DNA from: Paramecium tetraurelia
Taxonomy: Eukaryota
Assembly: GCA_000165425.1 (NCBI GenBank)
Contig: CT868330.1
Location: forward strand, 372,001 to 436,000
DNA: 64,000 nt
Direction of reading: 5' to 3'
The position numbers were made by a program, and so were the translations under genes. This document shows, piece by piece, positions 13,843 to 26,615 of the stretch. The notes below the pieces were generated by a model, which saw nothing but the letters and a program-made list of their open reading frames with translations, made no database searches and was not told the DNA's origin. Every line of letters starts with the position of its first letter. Positions within the stretch are counted from its first letter, which is position 1.

Positions 13843-14174
13843 TGATTGCTCTTATGATAATTCATTTTACCTGTTAAAAATTCGTTACTCATTTTATAAT
13901 ATTTTCTACAGTGACAAATTGTTGATAACTATCAACACTAATGCACTGCCAATATCTGATTAACTTTATTGGATTGAAAATATGTTTATATATATATCCA
14001 GTCTTAATGAATAAATCTAGATTATAATGTTTATAAAATCATTCCTCAATATTCATTTTCTATTAATAAAATTTAGAATCATCGTGTAGATTTAGAATAA
14101 TACGCATCATCTAGAATATTTATTCAAATCTAGAAAATTCCAATTTATTTAATCTTTAAAATTAAAATTTCTCA

Positions 14175-14498
14175 ATGCTAGCCTAATCACCTAATTTCAA
14201 AATGAAATAAATGACTCCTCTCAGTGTTCATTAGAAATATCTTATTGAAGATGAACCGGATGAAGAGATATTCGAGTTCGAAGAAAATACTAAAATAACA
14301 TTTAATGAAAGAATGATTGTTTGCAGTTACAAACCTTGGCAAAATGTGATACAATTATAAAAAACGATTGAAAAACTTAAAGGATACAAAAATATCAATT
14401 GGATCAACCCTGTCCTGAATGGCGGATCTGCTATTCCCTCTCGATCTATTTTAAAGAACTCTTCTTTAGTTAAGCTTGAACATTTTTATTAAACTTGA
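14175..14498 (+). CDS. Small hypothetical protein (107 aa) with RVxF-like and SILK motifs
   Basis: Intronless code-6 ORF containing TKITFNE and RSILKN. Confidence 0.7.
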
Positions 14499-14866
14499 TT
14501 ATTTTTCCTTTTTAACTTTATATAAGTATTTTTGGTTCACTTAATTTTGGTCATCATGGTGTTGACAAATTTAAAAATACATGATATGCTCCGTATAGAG
14601 AAAGACAAATTTTTTGTAATCTAAATTGTTACATTTGTCTAGATAGTGGATAAAGTTTGGTTTATAAGGGAAAAGCAAGTTTCAACTTATTAGAATAAAA
14701 TTTAAGGGAATAAATTATATTTCAGTTGAACCTTATTATAAAATCTAATTATTAATTTTAAATATATTCCTTAATTTTTCTTATAGAATTTATTAACATC
14801 TCTTAAAGAATTGGCAATTTTGAATTATAATTTTGATAATTAATCAATTTATCTAAAATAGTTTAT

Positions 14867-15745
14867 TCAAAACTCAGGCATACAAAACCCTATCAATAGG
14901 CTAATTAAGGCTATTACAATTAATTAAAACAAAGTAAATTTAACTTAGTCATCCTTCTCCTCTTCAAATGGTATATTTTATTTGGCTTTAATAAGAACTA
15001 TCTATTTGTTCAATTCCCTAGTCTCATTGATGAGAGCTTATTGTTGATCCTGAAGAGCCCCTATATTTTGTTCCATTTAAAAGTTTTGGGATATCTGCAA
15101 AGAATCCTTTTGCTTTCGTTAACTAATCGTAGATTTCAAAACAGCAGAAGCAGGAGTGCCATCTCCATTTTGGATTTATGAAGCATGCGATGTAAACATA
15201 GGGATTCTTCTATCGCTTGGCAAAGTAATCTGCATTCACTATTAGTACTTTAAAGATGATACATAAGAGACAGTTTCAGATTAAATGAAATCTGATACTT
15301 AGAGGAAGATCGAGGGAAGATCCTTAATTTAATCCTTGAGCAATTTAAATTAGTCCATTATTTCATACTAATCCTTAATTTCTTACGGTTTATCAATATT
15401 CATGGAGATTATCCTGACTTTAACAGCCTCTAAAATAATAAAAGCAGATACTATCGAAAATAGGCTCTTTGGTAATCAATTTGATTGTTTTGCTTTCTCC
15501 TGCCTTTAATATTCCAACGAAGGGATAGGATTTAATCTGTTCTGCAGCCGTAGACATAACCTTGAAGGCAAGACTTCTAAGAAGCATTTATTTAAGGTTT
15601 ACTGATTATTTTCCAAGGGATTTTTAATTTTAATATGAGAGATCCATATTTTATCATTGTTTGATAACGTTTAGTGTTTGAAACTCAAGACTGGATTATG
15701 TGCATGAGGATGCTCCAAGATTAAATAAGGTTTTTGATCATTCAT
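14867..15745 (-). CDS. VAP/Scs2-like protein (MSP domain, coiled coil, C-terminal TM)
   Basis: IKIKNP...SLAFKVMST...YPFVGILKAGESKTIKL (MSP). Two introns (26, 22 nt) keep the frame. Hydrophobic tail LIVIALISLLIGFCM. Confidence 0.78.
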
Positions 15746-16502
15746 AATATAAAATAATTTATTTAATTATGTCTAACACTAAATGCGATACAGATTTAAC
15801 CCCATCAAGGAAGTTTAAAATTTTATCCCAATTAAATCATTACCACTTTATTCATCAAAAATAATATTAATTGAATAAATTCAATCTCTATAACAATAAA
15901 GACATGATAGTAAAAAATATGAAAAGAAAATTTACCCATTTATTCTAAAGTATATAGGAAGCACTTGGATGAAATAAGTTAAAGCCCTGAAAACATTGAT
16001 AAAACAAGCTTTGTTTATGTCATTAATAATATCTAATAATTATTAGAATTAAGATTAGATTCTCTAAGTTTTCCATTTCAATAAATAATATCAAACGAAT
16101 CCAAAGACTTTCAAATAACCAGAAACATAAATTCATTAAATCAACTCTCAAGTTGTTAGTTTAATAATAATACAAATTGTCAAATGTATGGTTTTTTCGA
16201 TGATGGGTAACGAATTAAAGATAAGATTATGAGACAATTATGAATAAGAATTCATTAGTATACATATATGGATAGGATTATTATAGTAGGTTAGAGTAAA
16301 ATTATTTTGCACCCCATATAAAGTTATCATAATGAGTTTCAGTTTGTTTAACTTACAATTACATCAAAATGAATCGATGGTGAAATTGAAAATAGGATAA
16401 TTGGATGGCTTATTTAATAACCAGAAAGACATGGAAAATGTGTAAATTTAATATAAATAATCAAGAAAATTATTATTATTATCTATTTTATTTTAAATTG
16501 TG

Positions 16503-18367
16503 ATGTCAGATAATCTTTAAGTGAAATAGAGAAGAAGAAATTCACCTCAAGAAGGCGAATAGGATTTTGCTTAAAGACAAGAAAATAAATATAATAAAAT
16601 TCAAAGGTATCTAATCATGAGAAAATAGAAATGATTTGTAAGCGTATGTTTAATAGCCTAAACGCCGCAATATGCAACAGAGATGATCAAATAGAAGATC
16701 ATTAAGAAGATGATGATGAGAATTAATCTGATAAATTTGGTGGCTTCGTATTCACAAAACCCAAAAGTATGCTATTTCTACAATTTAATTAGACGAACCC
16801 AAAAAATAATACATCTATGAGCCAAAAAAATAATAGCCACTCTAACAAGAAAAGAAAGAATATTTACCAAAAAAAGATTAGCAACCCAAGAAAAAGCCAG
16901 AGAAGAAAAGCAATAAGTTTTAGTAATAATCGTAGCAATAGTACAAATATATTGTAATAAATTAGAAAAGAAATATCTATCTAATAATTAGGCGAATTAG
17001 AAAAACTACAATAGCATCTTATAAATTGTGGCATTTCCATAACTTAGGATTAAGAAAATAATCATTCTGATCTTGTCCTACCTCCTGATTTCAATAAGCC
17101 ATTATCCATCCCAAGTAGATCTATGGTAGCACCTCCTCCAGGTCTAATAGATAAAGATAAATCCTCTGATTTTGTTGACATCTTAAATCAATTATAAGAT
17201 AATGATTCAGATGGTCAAATGAATTATGATTAGCATTTTTCCTCCTCAGTTCTAACTAGAGGAGCCTTTCCTATTTAGACCTAACCATAAAATTAATTTA
17301 ATAATAAAAATCTAATCCCTAACAATAATCAAAATTTTCCAAATAGTTCTAATGATTAGAAAAACAAGGAAAAGAAGAAAAAAAATAAAAAGAAAAAGCC
17401 CTAAAACCAATAAAAATTAAATGGGATATAATTAATAGCTAACCTGATTTTATGAACTAAAATTCTGCTGAAATCTTTGATCCTTTCAAAGTTGCTCCAT
17501 TTTCATTTCCTTAACAATAAATGGGTCGAAACAATTTACCAGATCCTCTTAACATTTAAGGACCAACATTTACAACTCCATTAGGATTTGCCCCTCCTGG
17601 AATGATGGGTTTAGGTCCATAAATTGCTCCATTTAATTCTAATATGTTAGGGGCACCACAGTCTCTAGGATTCCCTCCTGGACCTTCTTTGGGAATGGAT
17701 CCCTTAGACCCAACATTTCCAATGGGACCCAATATTGGACCTATGAGAATGAATCAAATGATGCCTCCAAAGTTTAATCAGATGCCAAATATGGCTCCAA
17801 TGCCTATGCCAATGTAAATGGCACCTCCTCCTTAGATGAAAAAGCAATCTAATAAAAATCATATGATGATGCAACCTCCTCCAAATTAGTTTGATGGCTA
17901 AGTGTATTGTCCCCCCATGATGCCTCCTCCCATGGGTAATCATTTTTCAGACTTTCCCCCATAAATTCCTATGGGATAATAGTTCCCTCCTAATTTAATG
18001 AATTCTGGGCCAATATTAGGAATGCCCCCAATGATGCCCTTTGATGATGATTTTGATTAGAATTGGATGCCAAATGATGGGATGTTGTAAATGCCAACCC
18101 CTATGTAAGTGTTTTCTAATCAAAATTTCCCAAATCTATCCCAAGCCTAACATCCTGATGCTTATATGTAAGAATCTGAAAAATATATGTCTTAAACTAA
18201 AAAGAACAATGAAATAAAAAATGGAAATGATATCAATAGTGATCAAATGAATTATCAATATTAAAATGCTGATGGGCAACCAAGATAAAGAAAGTAATTT
18301 TTAATCTATTTATTTCATTAGAAAATTGAACTTGAATTCTAAGCCATTTTATCCAGTAAATCCTTGA
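16503..18367 (+). CDS. Pro/Met/Gln-rich low-complexity protein with C-terminal PAM2-like motif
   Basis: Long P/M/Q/G/F-rich tract at about 17500-18110; ends KLNLNSKPFYPVNP*. The 5' splicing or frame near 16600-16690 is uncertain. Confidence 0.72.
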
Positions 18368-18455
18368 CTGCAAGAATCCCTATTGTTTAATAAATATATA
18401 TATCAATTAATATTATTAAAACTTTTTATTTAGAACTATATAAATATTTACATCA

Positions 18456-19248
18456 ATGGAAGTTCCCAATTCAATTAGAGAGACTGTAACTGTTTTTGAA
18501 ATTTGACTAGTCTTAATTAAAGGTTGAGGAAACTAAGAAAAAGATCAAAGAGTTATAAGAGTATTTAGCTCTATAATTTGTTGAACATGAAAAGGAATAA
18601 GAGAAAAAAAAATTATAAAAAGTCAGAAATGAACTAGCTAAGAAGCATCATAAGAATAGATTTTCAAGTTTCACTAACTCCTTGCATAGACCTTAATTTA
18701 TAAATTAGATCAAAGAGAGGGATTTATTTGAGAACTAATCTGTTTTTATTAATAAAGATGTTCCGCAGTTGACTAATCTCTAAAAATCATAATTGATAAC
18801 CCCTGATAGAAACTAGAATCCATCCTCTAGTATTATTATGAATGATATTAGTAATACATTAATTGGATAGACCAACAAATAAATAAAAAAGCGAATTTCC
18901 ACCTATAAGGAAGCGATTCTTAAGTTAGAAGGAGATTAATCGGATAGAATTTTGGGATAAAAACTTCAGTCAATTGTAGGAAATAGAATAGAAGGAAGTA
19001 TGTAAAATATTGATAAACCCAATAGAAAAGTAGTCTGTTAATTGGAAAAATAAAGAAGTAGCTTATTGAATAAAGGGAAGCAAAGGTATTTAAGCCTACG
19101 GATTAATGCTTAAGATATTTTGATAAAAATATCTCTTTAATATCTGAGAACCCTATTACTCAAAGATAATTAAGTAGAGTGTTAAGTTTACCAAAAATTA
19201 AAGAAAAAAAGGTTTGGATGCCTAACAATAATTATTTTTGAGAAATGA
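18456..19248 (+). CDS. Hypothetical coiled-coil protein
   Basis: ATG 18456, one 25-nt intron near the start, TGA 19246-19248. Confidence 0.65.
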
Positions 19249-19254
19249 ATTTAA

Positions 19255-20997
19255 TCAATTAATTCTTTAAGTTGGACTAATTCTTCTTTACTCAATGATA
19301 TAGGATAACTTCTGAACAATTTCATTAATATTAATTATCTTTTCATCCTTCTTTTTAGGTTCTTCTTCTGATTCATCTCTTTTGGGTAAAATGAATTTTA
19401 ATTTCTTTACCTTATCCTCATTTTTTTGATATTTAATCTCTATTTTCTAGTTATCCTGTAACAATATAGAAAGTATTGATGAAGTTGGAATCCTCTTGTA
19501 GTCTTTGGTCTGTCCAGACTAATGATTTTCCAATACAATTTGAACAAAACATTTTGCAAGTTTATAAAGGGAAAATTTAGAATTCTTTGTGGTCAAATAA
19601 GAAAAATAAAAATCAAAATAATCTATTCCAATCACCACTTCATTTTGATAACCGTCATTCTCTAACTTAATCACCTTAAACTCTTTATAATTGAACATTT
19701 CAAGTTTCTTTTCTATTTGACAATTCATATCAGTTAAAGATTAAGATATTATAAAGGAATCTTTGACTCCTGATTAGTTGTATAATTCTCTTATGCTTCC
19801 TGCTGCTGTATTATGAATATTGTCAAATTTGAATGATATTTAGAGCCAATGAATAGGTAATAAGTGAAGAGGGAATTGAAAATGCAAAGGTTCTTTGTAA
19901 TCAATATTAATACAAGGAAATTTCAAATTAAAATACCAGTCATTTTTATTGTATTTATTACCAGATCTTCTTTGCAACTAGTTATAAATATCTTCTAATG
20001 TTGCATCTAATCGATTATTTAGATTATAAAATATCTCATTTTTTGTATCTTCAACTAATAAAATTATGGAATTAGGAAATTGCTATTTCGTTATTTCAAT
20101 TGTATATAAATCTATACCATATCTAATTTTATCCACCACTTCTAGATTTAAAACTTTATAAAATATTTTCTGGCCCAGATCTAAATCAATCTTTTTGCTT
20201 GAAAATGAATTTTCTTCATCTATCACATAAGGAAATTCCTAATATTATTGAGTTTTATCCTCGATTACACTATCTGCCTAAGAATTGCAAAGGTCAAAAA
20301 AGTCATCAAAACTTGTTAATTTATAAGCTAAAGAAAAATTTGAGTACTTTAGCAAATTTTGATCACATTTTGATGTTCTTTGAAATTCTTAAATTGCTAA
20401 AACAATTAATTCGCAAACCAATATATTTTCATCAACTATAATCATCTTACTATATTCTGAATTCAAGTATTTGATCTGAACTTCTTTGAAGCCATACTTA
20501 AAATTGTTTTTCAAAATAGGTGTAAAAAGTGATCTTTTTAAGGACATCATAGAAAGAGTCTTAACACTCCTTTTATTATTTCTATAGCGCTTAAGTTTCT
20601 CATTTTCTGATATCAATTAAGTGAAGGATTTATTATGCGTTCGAAAGGAGGTGTTACTTCTCTTTAGAACAGGTTTTTAATGATATTCTTCTTATTAATC
20701 TTTTTAATCATCATTAATCTTTTGAATATTTTGATTTTCAATGATTTCACTCCAACTACTCTGATTATTTGTTCTTATTAATCTGTTTACATTGGTATTC
20801 AGTTCAAAATCCTAGCTGTTTTTAATAAGATTAGTAACGTTTGAACTCTATTCTTATTCATAGCATTGCCTGTAAAGGTTCTCAAAATCATTCCAATTGA
20901 GGTCTAAATTTTCTTTTTGACTAGTGTAGAGTGGAATTTTAGGTTCTTTTTTCCATTTGATTGGTTGCTCACAGATTTTTAGATAAAAATTATCCAT
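19255..20997 (-). CDS. SIN1/Avo1-like protein A (CRIM-like, ubiquitin/RBD-like, PH), 580 aa
   Basis: Intronless code-6 ORF. PH-like YKEFKVIK...EVVIGIDY...NEIVQKLSYIIEQR. Clear paralog of the adjacent gene. Confidence 0.65.
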
Positions 20998-21023
20998 AAT
21001 AATAATATTTATATTAATTGAAA

Positions 21024-22848
21024 TCACTATAATGCTTCATAGATTCCTAATTGATTCTTCCTAATTGCTAATAATTTATCTAATTTTTAATAAATTTCAA
21101 AAAATTATTTATTTAATTTAGCTTATGTTCTTTTATCATTACTTTATTATGGAATAAAGCATAATTATTTAAAATTTCGAACAGAATTCTTGTATGTGAT
21201 ATAAAATTTGTTTTACTTTTTATCTTAAGAACTTTCTTTAATAGCCTTTATTTTAATAATTTTCTCAGATTCCTTATGATTCTTGAACATATCTACAATA
21301 TAATTTGTTATATACTAGAACAAAGAATAATTTTAGGATAAGTTATTCTATTAATTGATGTAGATGATTCGAATGTCAAAATAATCAATTCCTATTATTA
21401 CTTAATATTGCTAATCTCTTTTTAATTGTGTCAGTTCATACTCTTGGTAAGAATATATGGAAGATAAAAAATTCCTAGATTCCATTTTAAATAGAGATTC
21501 TTATGGATTATAAGATTAGAATCCATCTTCAATATAATTAGGTTGTTTGAAATTTGAAAATTTATTGCTAATATCTATAAGTTCAGGGGTCTAAGTTTCA
21601 ATTGAATATTTTTTTTCTAGTATTAACCAATGAATTGGCAATTCTTTGATTGGTGTAGTCAAGCATAATGGGCTGATATCAGTGTGTATACAGGGGTATT
21701 TCAATCTTAAATAATAGTCATTCTTGGATTTTTTGTTTGTTGAACTGTTTAATAAATCAAACACATTTTCTAATGTTGATGTATTGGGACAACTAATTTA
21801 TTAACTAGACTGAGTTTGAGCATCCTCAACCATGAGTATTATATATTATGGGTATAATTCATAAGTCTTTTTAAGAGTTAGTAAATCTATGCCAAATTGT
21901 AATTGACATGTTGAATTGACTACAATATCAACTTGTTTACAACTTAAAACAGATGGATAATCAATAGTTATTGTTCTATCTTCAATATCTGCAAAAGAAT
22001 ACTCCACCTAGGATGTGATTGCTCTCTTTATATAAATATTCTTATCATACTTCATCGCAACTGACTCTTCTAGCAGCAATGTTATCTTCATCCTTTTCAA
22101 TAAAGCTTTTTGCACGTTATATAGGTTTTCTGAAGCGATCCTCATCCATTTCCATTTGATCTTCCAAGGTTTCCAATTAATAAGCTAGAGTATAATTCTT
22201 GTATTCGTATAGATTTTAATCGAATCTGCGTTCAAGACTATATTCTTTTAATGCAAGTACAATGAATTCAATGGCTGTCATTTCTTTTTCGATGAATAGG
22301 ACTTTTGAGAGGTTGGTTCTGAAATATTTGACTTGGATAGTGCGTAAATGTTATTTTCCGATAGAGTTAATATTGTAGGTGATAATTGATTTTTGTTTTC
22401 TGATTTGTTCAAAATTGTTGACGATTGCCTAATTGGCTCGCTTCAAAAATATTTTAGATCTGTGTTATTTAGCCAAATGACCAAAATCTTTTTTAAAGGC
22501 CGTTTGACTCCTTTTCATGGATCTCTTTAATTGTTAATAGTCTAGCTATTTGTTTTATTAAATTTACTGATCAATTTGCTTGATTAAAATTTGATTATGA
22601 TAATTCTCATTTGATTATTGTGAACTTTGTTGAGATTCTTGAATGGAAGCTCTCCTGCCGAATATTTGTGTTTACCTTTGCTTCTGTTTAACTATGTCCA
22701 TCTCTTCGTCAGATTCTTCTATGTTAATGAGGGATAGAGTTTCAGTTGAAATGAATTATAATTATTCCAATATTTCAATTTTACATTGAGGCGTTGATTC
22801 ATTACTTTGAGTAAGGGAATCTTAAACATCAAATTGATAATTTTCCAT
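21024..22848 (-). CDS. SIN1/Avo1-like protein B, 599 aa
   Basis: One 25-nt intron. IQVKYF...EFIVLALKEY...LAYQL; LPIHWL; YQEYEL...QVIIGIDYFD...EIYQKLDKLL. Confidence 0.62.
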
Positions 22849-22898
22849 AAAATAGAAAATTTAATTGCTTTTTATTATTTAATTTGGAATAAAAGAAA

Positions 22899-23462
22899 AT
22901 GGATAAATTGTAATAATTAATACATTAACTTTTCTCTCTTTTGGATGCGAATTTCTTCCTCTCAAGGGAATTTAACAAAATATTTACAACCCACAATAAT
23001 GCAGAACAAATGGCTTAAGACAAATAGTACAAAGAATTGGCATCCAAATTGATTGAATTCATTTTGTCTACTCATAAATCCAATTAACAATCCTTATTAT
23101 AGGAGAAAATTGCTCAAACCCAGAAATTGCTCACCAATTATCAATCTCAAGTGATACTTTAATAACAGAAAGAAATACCCCAATTGAACAATTAGACATA
23201 AAAATAACTCACATCCGAGAGCTTTAAGAGCAATTCCATAACTCCAAGAGATACACAAGTAAATAATCGAAGAACTTCAAAAAATTAGTCATTAACCGAT
23301 AAACGATAAATTTAATAACAAATTACCAGTTTAAAAACTTAGAAGGGAATGCAAAATAGTGATTCGTAATAAAGGTTATTTGTTGAGCATATACCTAAAA
23401 TGGGAAGATCTTTAGTTAAAGATGATTAATAACGAAATTTTAATATCATAACAGGAGTTTGA
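22899..23462 (+). CDS. Hypothetical protein (187 aa)
   Basis: Intronless code-6 ORF ending RNFNIITGV*. Confidence 0.65.
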
Positions 23463-23498
23463 TTGAAATTTTAAATATATATTTTATATTTTTACATT

Positions 23499-25049
23499 TC
23501 ATAATGTGATTGTTCTTCCGTCTGTTATAATACCCCAACCAATCAATCTAAATTTATTACTTAATCTTCTGCTGAATGCCACTTTCTCTTACAAACCAGT
23601 ACACACTGGATTATTGAGAGCCACTCTCATTATTTTCTAATAAAATGAATATTAATTATACATCTTCTCTGACTTCAATGACTCTTCCTGGTGTTTCATT
23701 TGACAAGACATTGAATTTCAACATTTCATCTTATTAAATCTTAGCGATCTTTTGTGTTTTTCCATCTTGTTATTGAGCACCTACGACTGAGACCATCAAA
23801 TAATAATTTATCTAAATAATATGTTATATACTATCTTACTTCTAATTCTCTATAGAGTTCAGGTAATTATTTAGGGAATCCTAAAACGCATCCAACAAGA
23901 TTGTCATTACGAGTTAAGGATGGGTCGATCAATAATCCAACACCAATAAGTCCTCCTGGGACAGCATAGACTAATTCATTTTATTCAGCATAGAGAGAAA
24001 CAACTCTTGTAGTAATAGGATGCCAAGTAGTTTGATTTCCATTCTTAGATTGTCTTCCTGGTCTGATTTCAACTTCATCTCCAACAGAGAGGATTCCCTA
24101 AAGGATTGAACCTCCTACTACACCTCCATGTAAATTTTCTGGTTTTTCACCAGGCTTATTGACATCAAAGGATCTATAATTATAAATATATGTATTACCT
24201 GATAATGATCATTTTGGGTGGTACTTGCAATTATCTATCTGGGATGGGGAAAAAGTTGCAAATTTGTTAGAGAACACAATCAATATTATATTTCAATTAA
24301 GCGGATACTGGTATGATTGGTGAATCTTCTGCTATGGTTCCTTTAATAAATCTAGTAATTTCTTCATAATTTCTGAGAGCAGCCTTGCTTCACTATTAAT
24401 GAAATTACCTGTTGATCTCTAAAGATAATATCTACTTTGTTTTGGATGACGATGACATATTTCAATTTAGTGATGACCAAGGCAACCAGATGCTCTTGAG
24501 TTTGAGGTTGAGGACAAGGCATGTTGGCAGCTACGATAAGTAATGCACAATCCATGACAGCAGCACCAGTCAACATTGTTGACATCAAAATATCATGTCC
24601 TGGACAATCGACAAAGGATATGTGTCTGACCAAAGTCATTACTTCCTTGCATAATTCGCATTGAGCATTGTCTTCCTTCTCACTTGAAAATGATTAATAG
24701 CATTGAGGCTCAGGACATTTTGGACATTTAAAGATTTTCGCATTGGCATAGCCCAATCTAATTGTGATGTTTCTCACTCTCTCTTATCTGAAACGCACAG
24801 TGCTTTAAAGTATTAGCATATCAAATACTTAATAGTTGATACAGATCTCACTAGAGTTGACTTTCCGTGAGCCACATGTCCAATTGTACCCACATTTATA
24901 GTAGCCTATCTACTAATTACTTCTTGTGAATTAGGAGTCAAATTTGGTATTTGTTCATAACTTTATTTCAACAAATGTGGTTAGCGTTTCATCAATTAGT
25001 CAACTTCATTATCTGTTAAACGTTGAGTTCCTTTTTTAAAAGTTTCCAT
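23499..25049 (-). CDS. EIF2S3: Translation initiation factor eIF2 gamma subunit
   Basis: [60 protein letters not shown] and RLIGWG. Several tiny introns. Confidence 0.97.
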
Positions 25050-25572
25050 GAATTAATTCTTTAATATTTAATAAAAATATTTATACAAAATAAATCACTA
25101 AATCAATTTATATTTATATTTGGATGTCTCCACTTGTTCCTGATTATTTCTAATCCCTATCTATTTATATAACCACTAAATTTATTATTATTTATTTTAA
25201 TTATATATTTCTCTCTTTAATATTGAACTTTTCAATATTTCATGATTTTTGTTTGATTTGCTAATAATAAAAATGACTATTGCATACAAATTTGTTATAA
25301 ATATTATATGATCATACTACATTACTGTTAAATCGTATTTAATATACCACCAAAAATAGTTCTTATATATTATAATTTAATTCACCTTAATTGAAATTGT
25401 TATATTATAAATTAATACAATGCCTTCACACACTTTAATATCATTATAATTTATACTATCACTTGCACTTAAAATATTATTACTAAATATTAAGTTGGGA
25501 TTAAACTCCTAAATTAGCATTGTTGATTAGATTTTAAATAGAAATTATTTTTAATTTAATTTTTGAAGTAAA

Positions 25573-26281
25573 ATGTTTTCATAAGCTTTCAGACGAGGTC
25601 AATAACCTTTACAATAGTAGCAATAACCGATGAATATTTCGTTCCATAAGTAAGAAACTGAGGTTATTTAGTTAATTGTAAGCCCAACAAACAAAATCCT
25701 TCTCTCAAACTCAATATGAGAAGGAGAATATTAGCCAATTTCTTGGTTCCACTAAAAGACAAAATCTAAATGAGTCCTTCTATTAAGAACAACAAGTACC
25801 TCAAATATCAGAAGTCTATCGCATTTTGGAGCAACTCCAACAGATGATGGTGGTCAAATTCAATGACTTCTAGAGTGTGATCAACGATCAAGAAAAAGCC
25901 ATCAGGCCATTGATTGAGTAAAATACCCAATTGAATAACCAATTAACCAATGTTCTTTAACAAAGTGAGAAGATACTCTCACAACTCACAGCCAATTTGG
26001 AGAAGAGTGAATAGATCAATAAAAGGAATTAAAAAAGGAAGAGCAACGAGGGTTCAGAAGGGGATCTGGGAGCAGTGTAACAACTACTCAAGACACTCGA
26101 TGATAGATTGAACAATTTATCAAATGAAGTGGAGATGATAGCAGAAACAAACAATAGATTCCAAGTGCAAGTGATGGAAGTTGTCAATATCGATAAGTTG
26201 GAACATCGTGAAAACATGCAGAGAGTATTGCAAGAGATGGATAAGGCAAAAAAGTCCATATCTAAAAAAATAAAACGTTGA
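25573..26281 (+). CDS. Hypothetical coiled-coil protein
   Basis: ATG 25573, one 22-nt intron, TGA 26279-26281. Q/E-rich heptad-like composition. Confidence 0.7.
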
Positions 26282-26615
26282 CATTTTTTTCATTATTATA
26301 TATATATGCTCATTATTATAAATCAGATTTCTTTCAGTAGAATTATTTGTTAATATTACACTTTCAAATTATTGTGAAAATCAAATAATAGCAAAATTTA
26401 AGGGGAAGAACAATGTAAGAATACCGAATGTTTCACTTTTGGATAAAATTTCGATAATTAAGAAAGTCTTGATTTGAAACTGAGGAATTCTAAAATAGTA
26501 TAGAATTATAGGAAATTAGAATATACGCAGATGAATATGGGAATGAAATGTGAGTGTTTGAGTGATTTTGAAAGTAGTGAGGGTAGTCAGTTGTTTATGA
26601 ATTAATATATATTAA

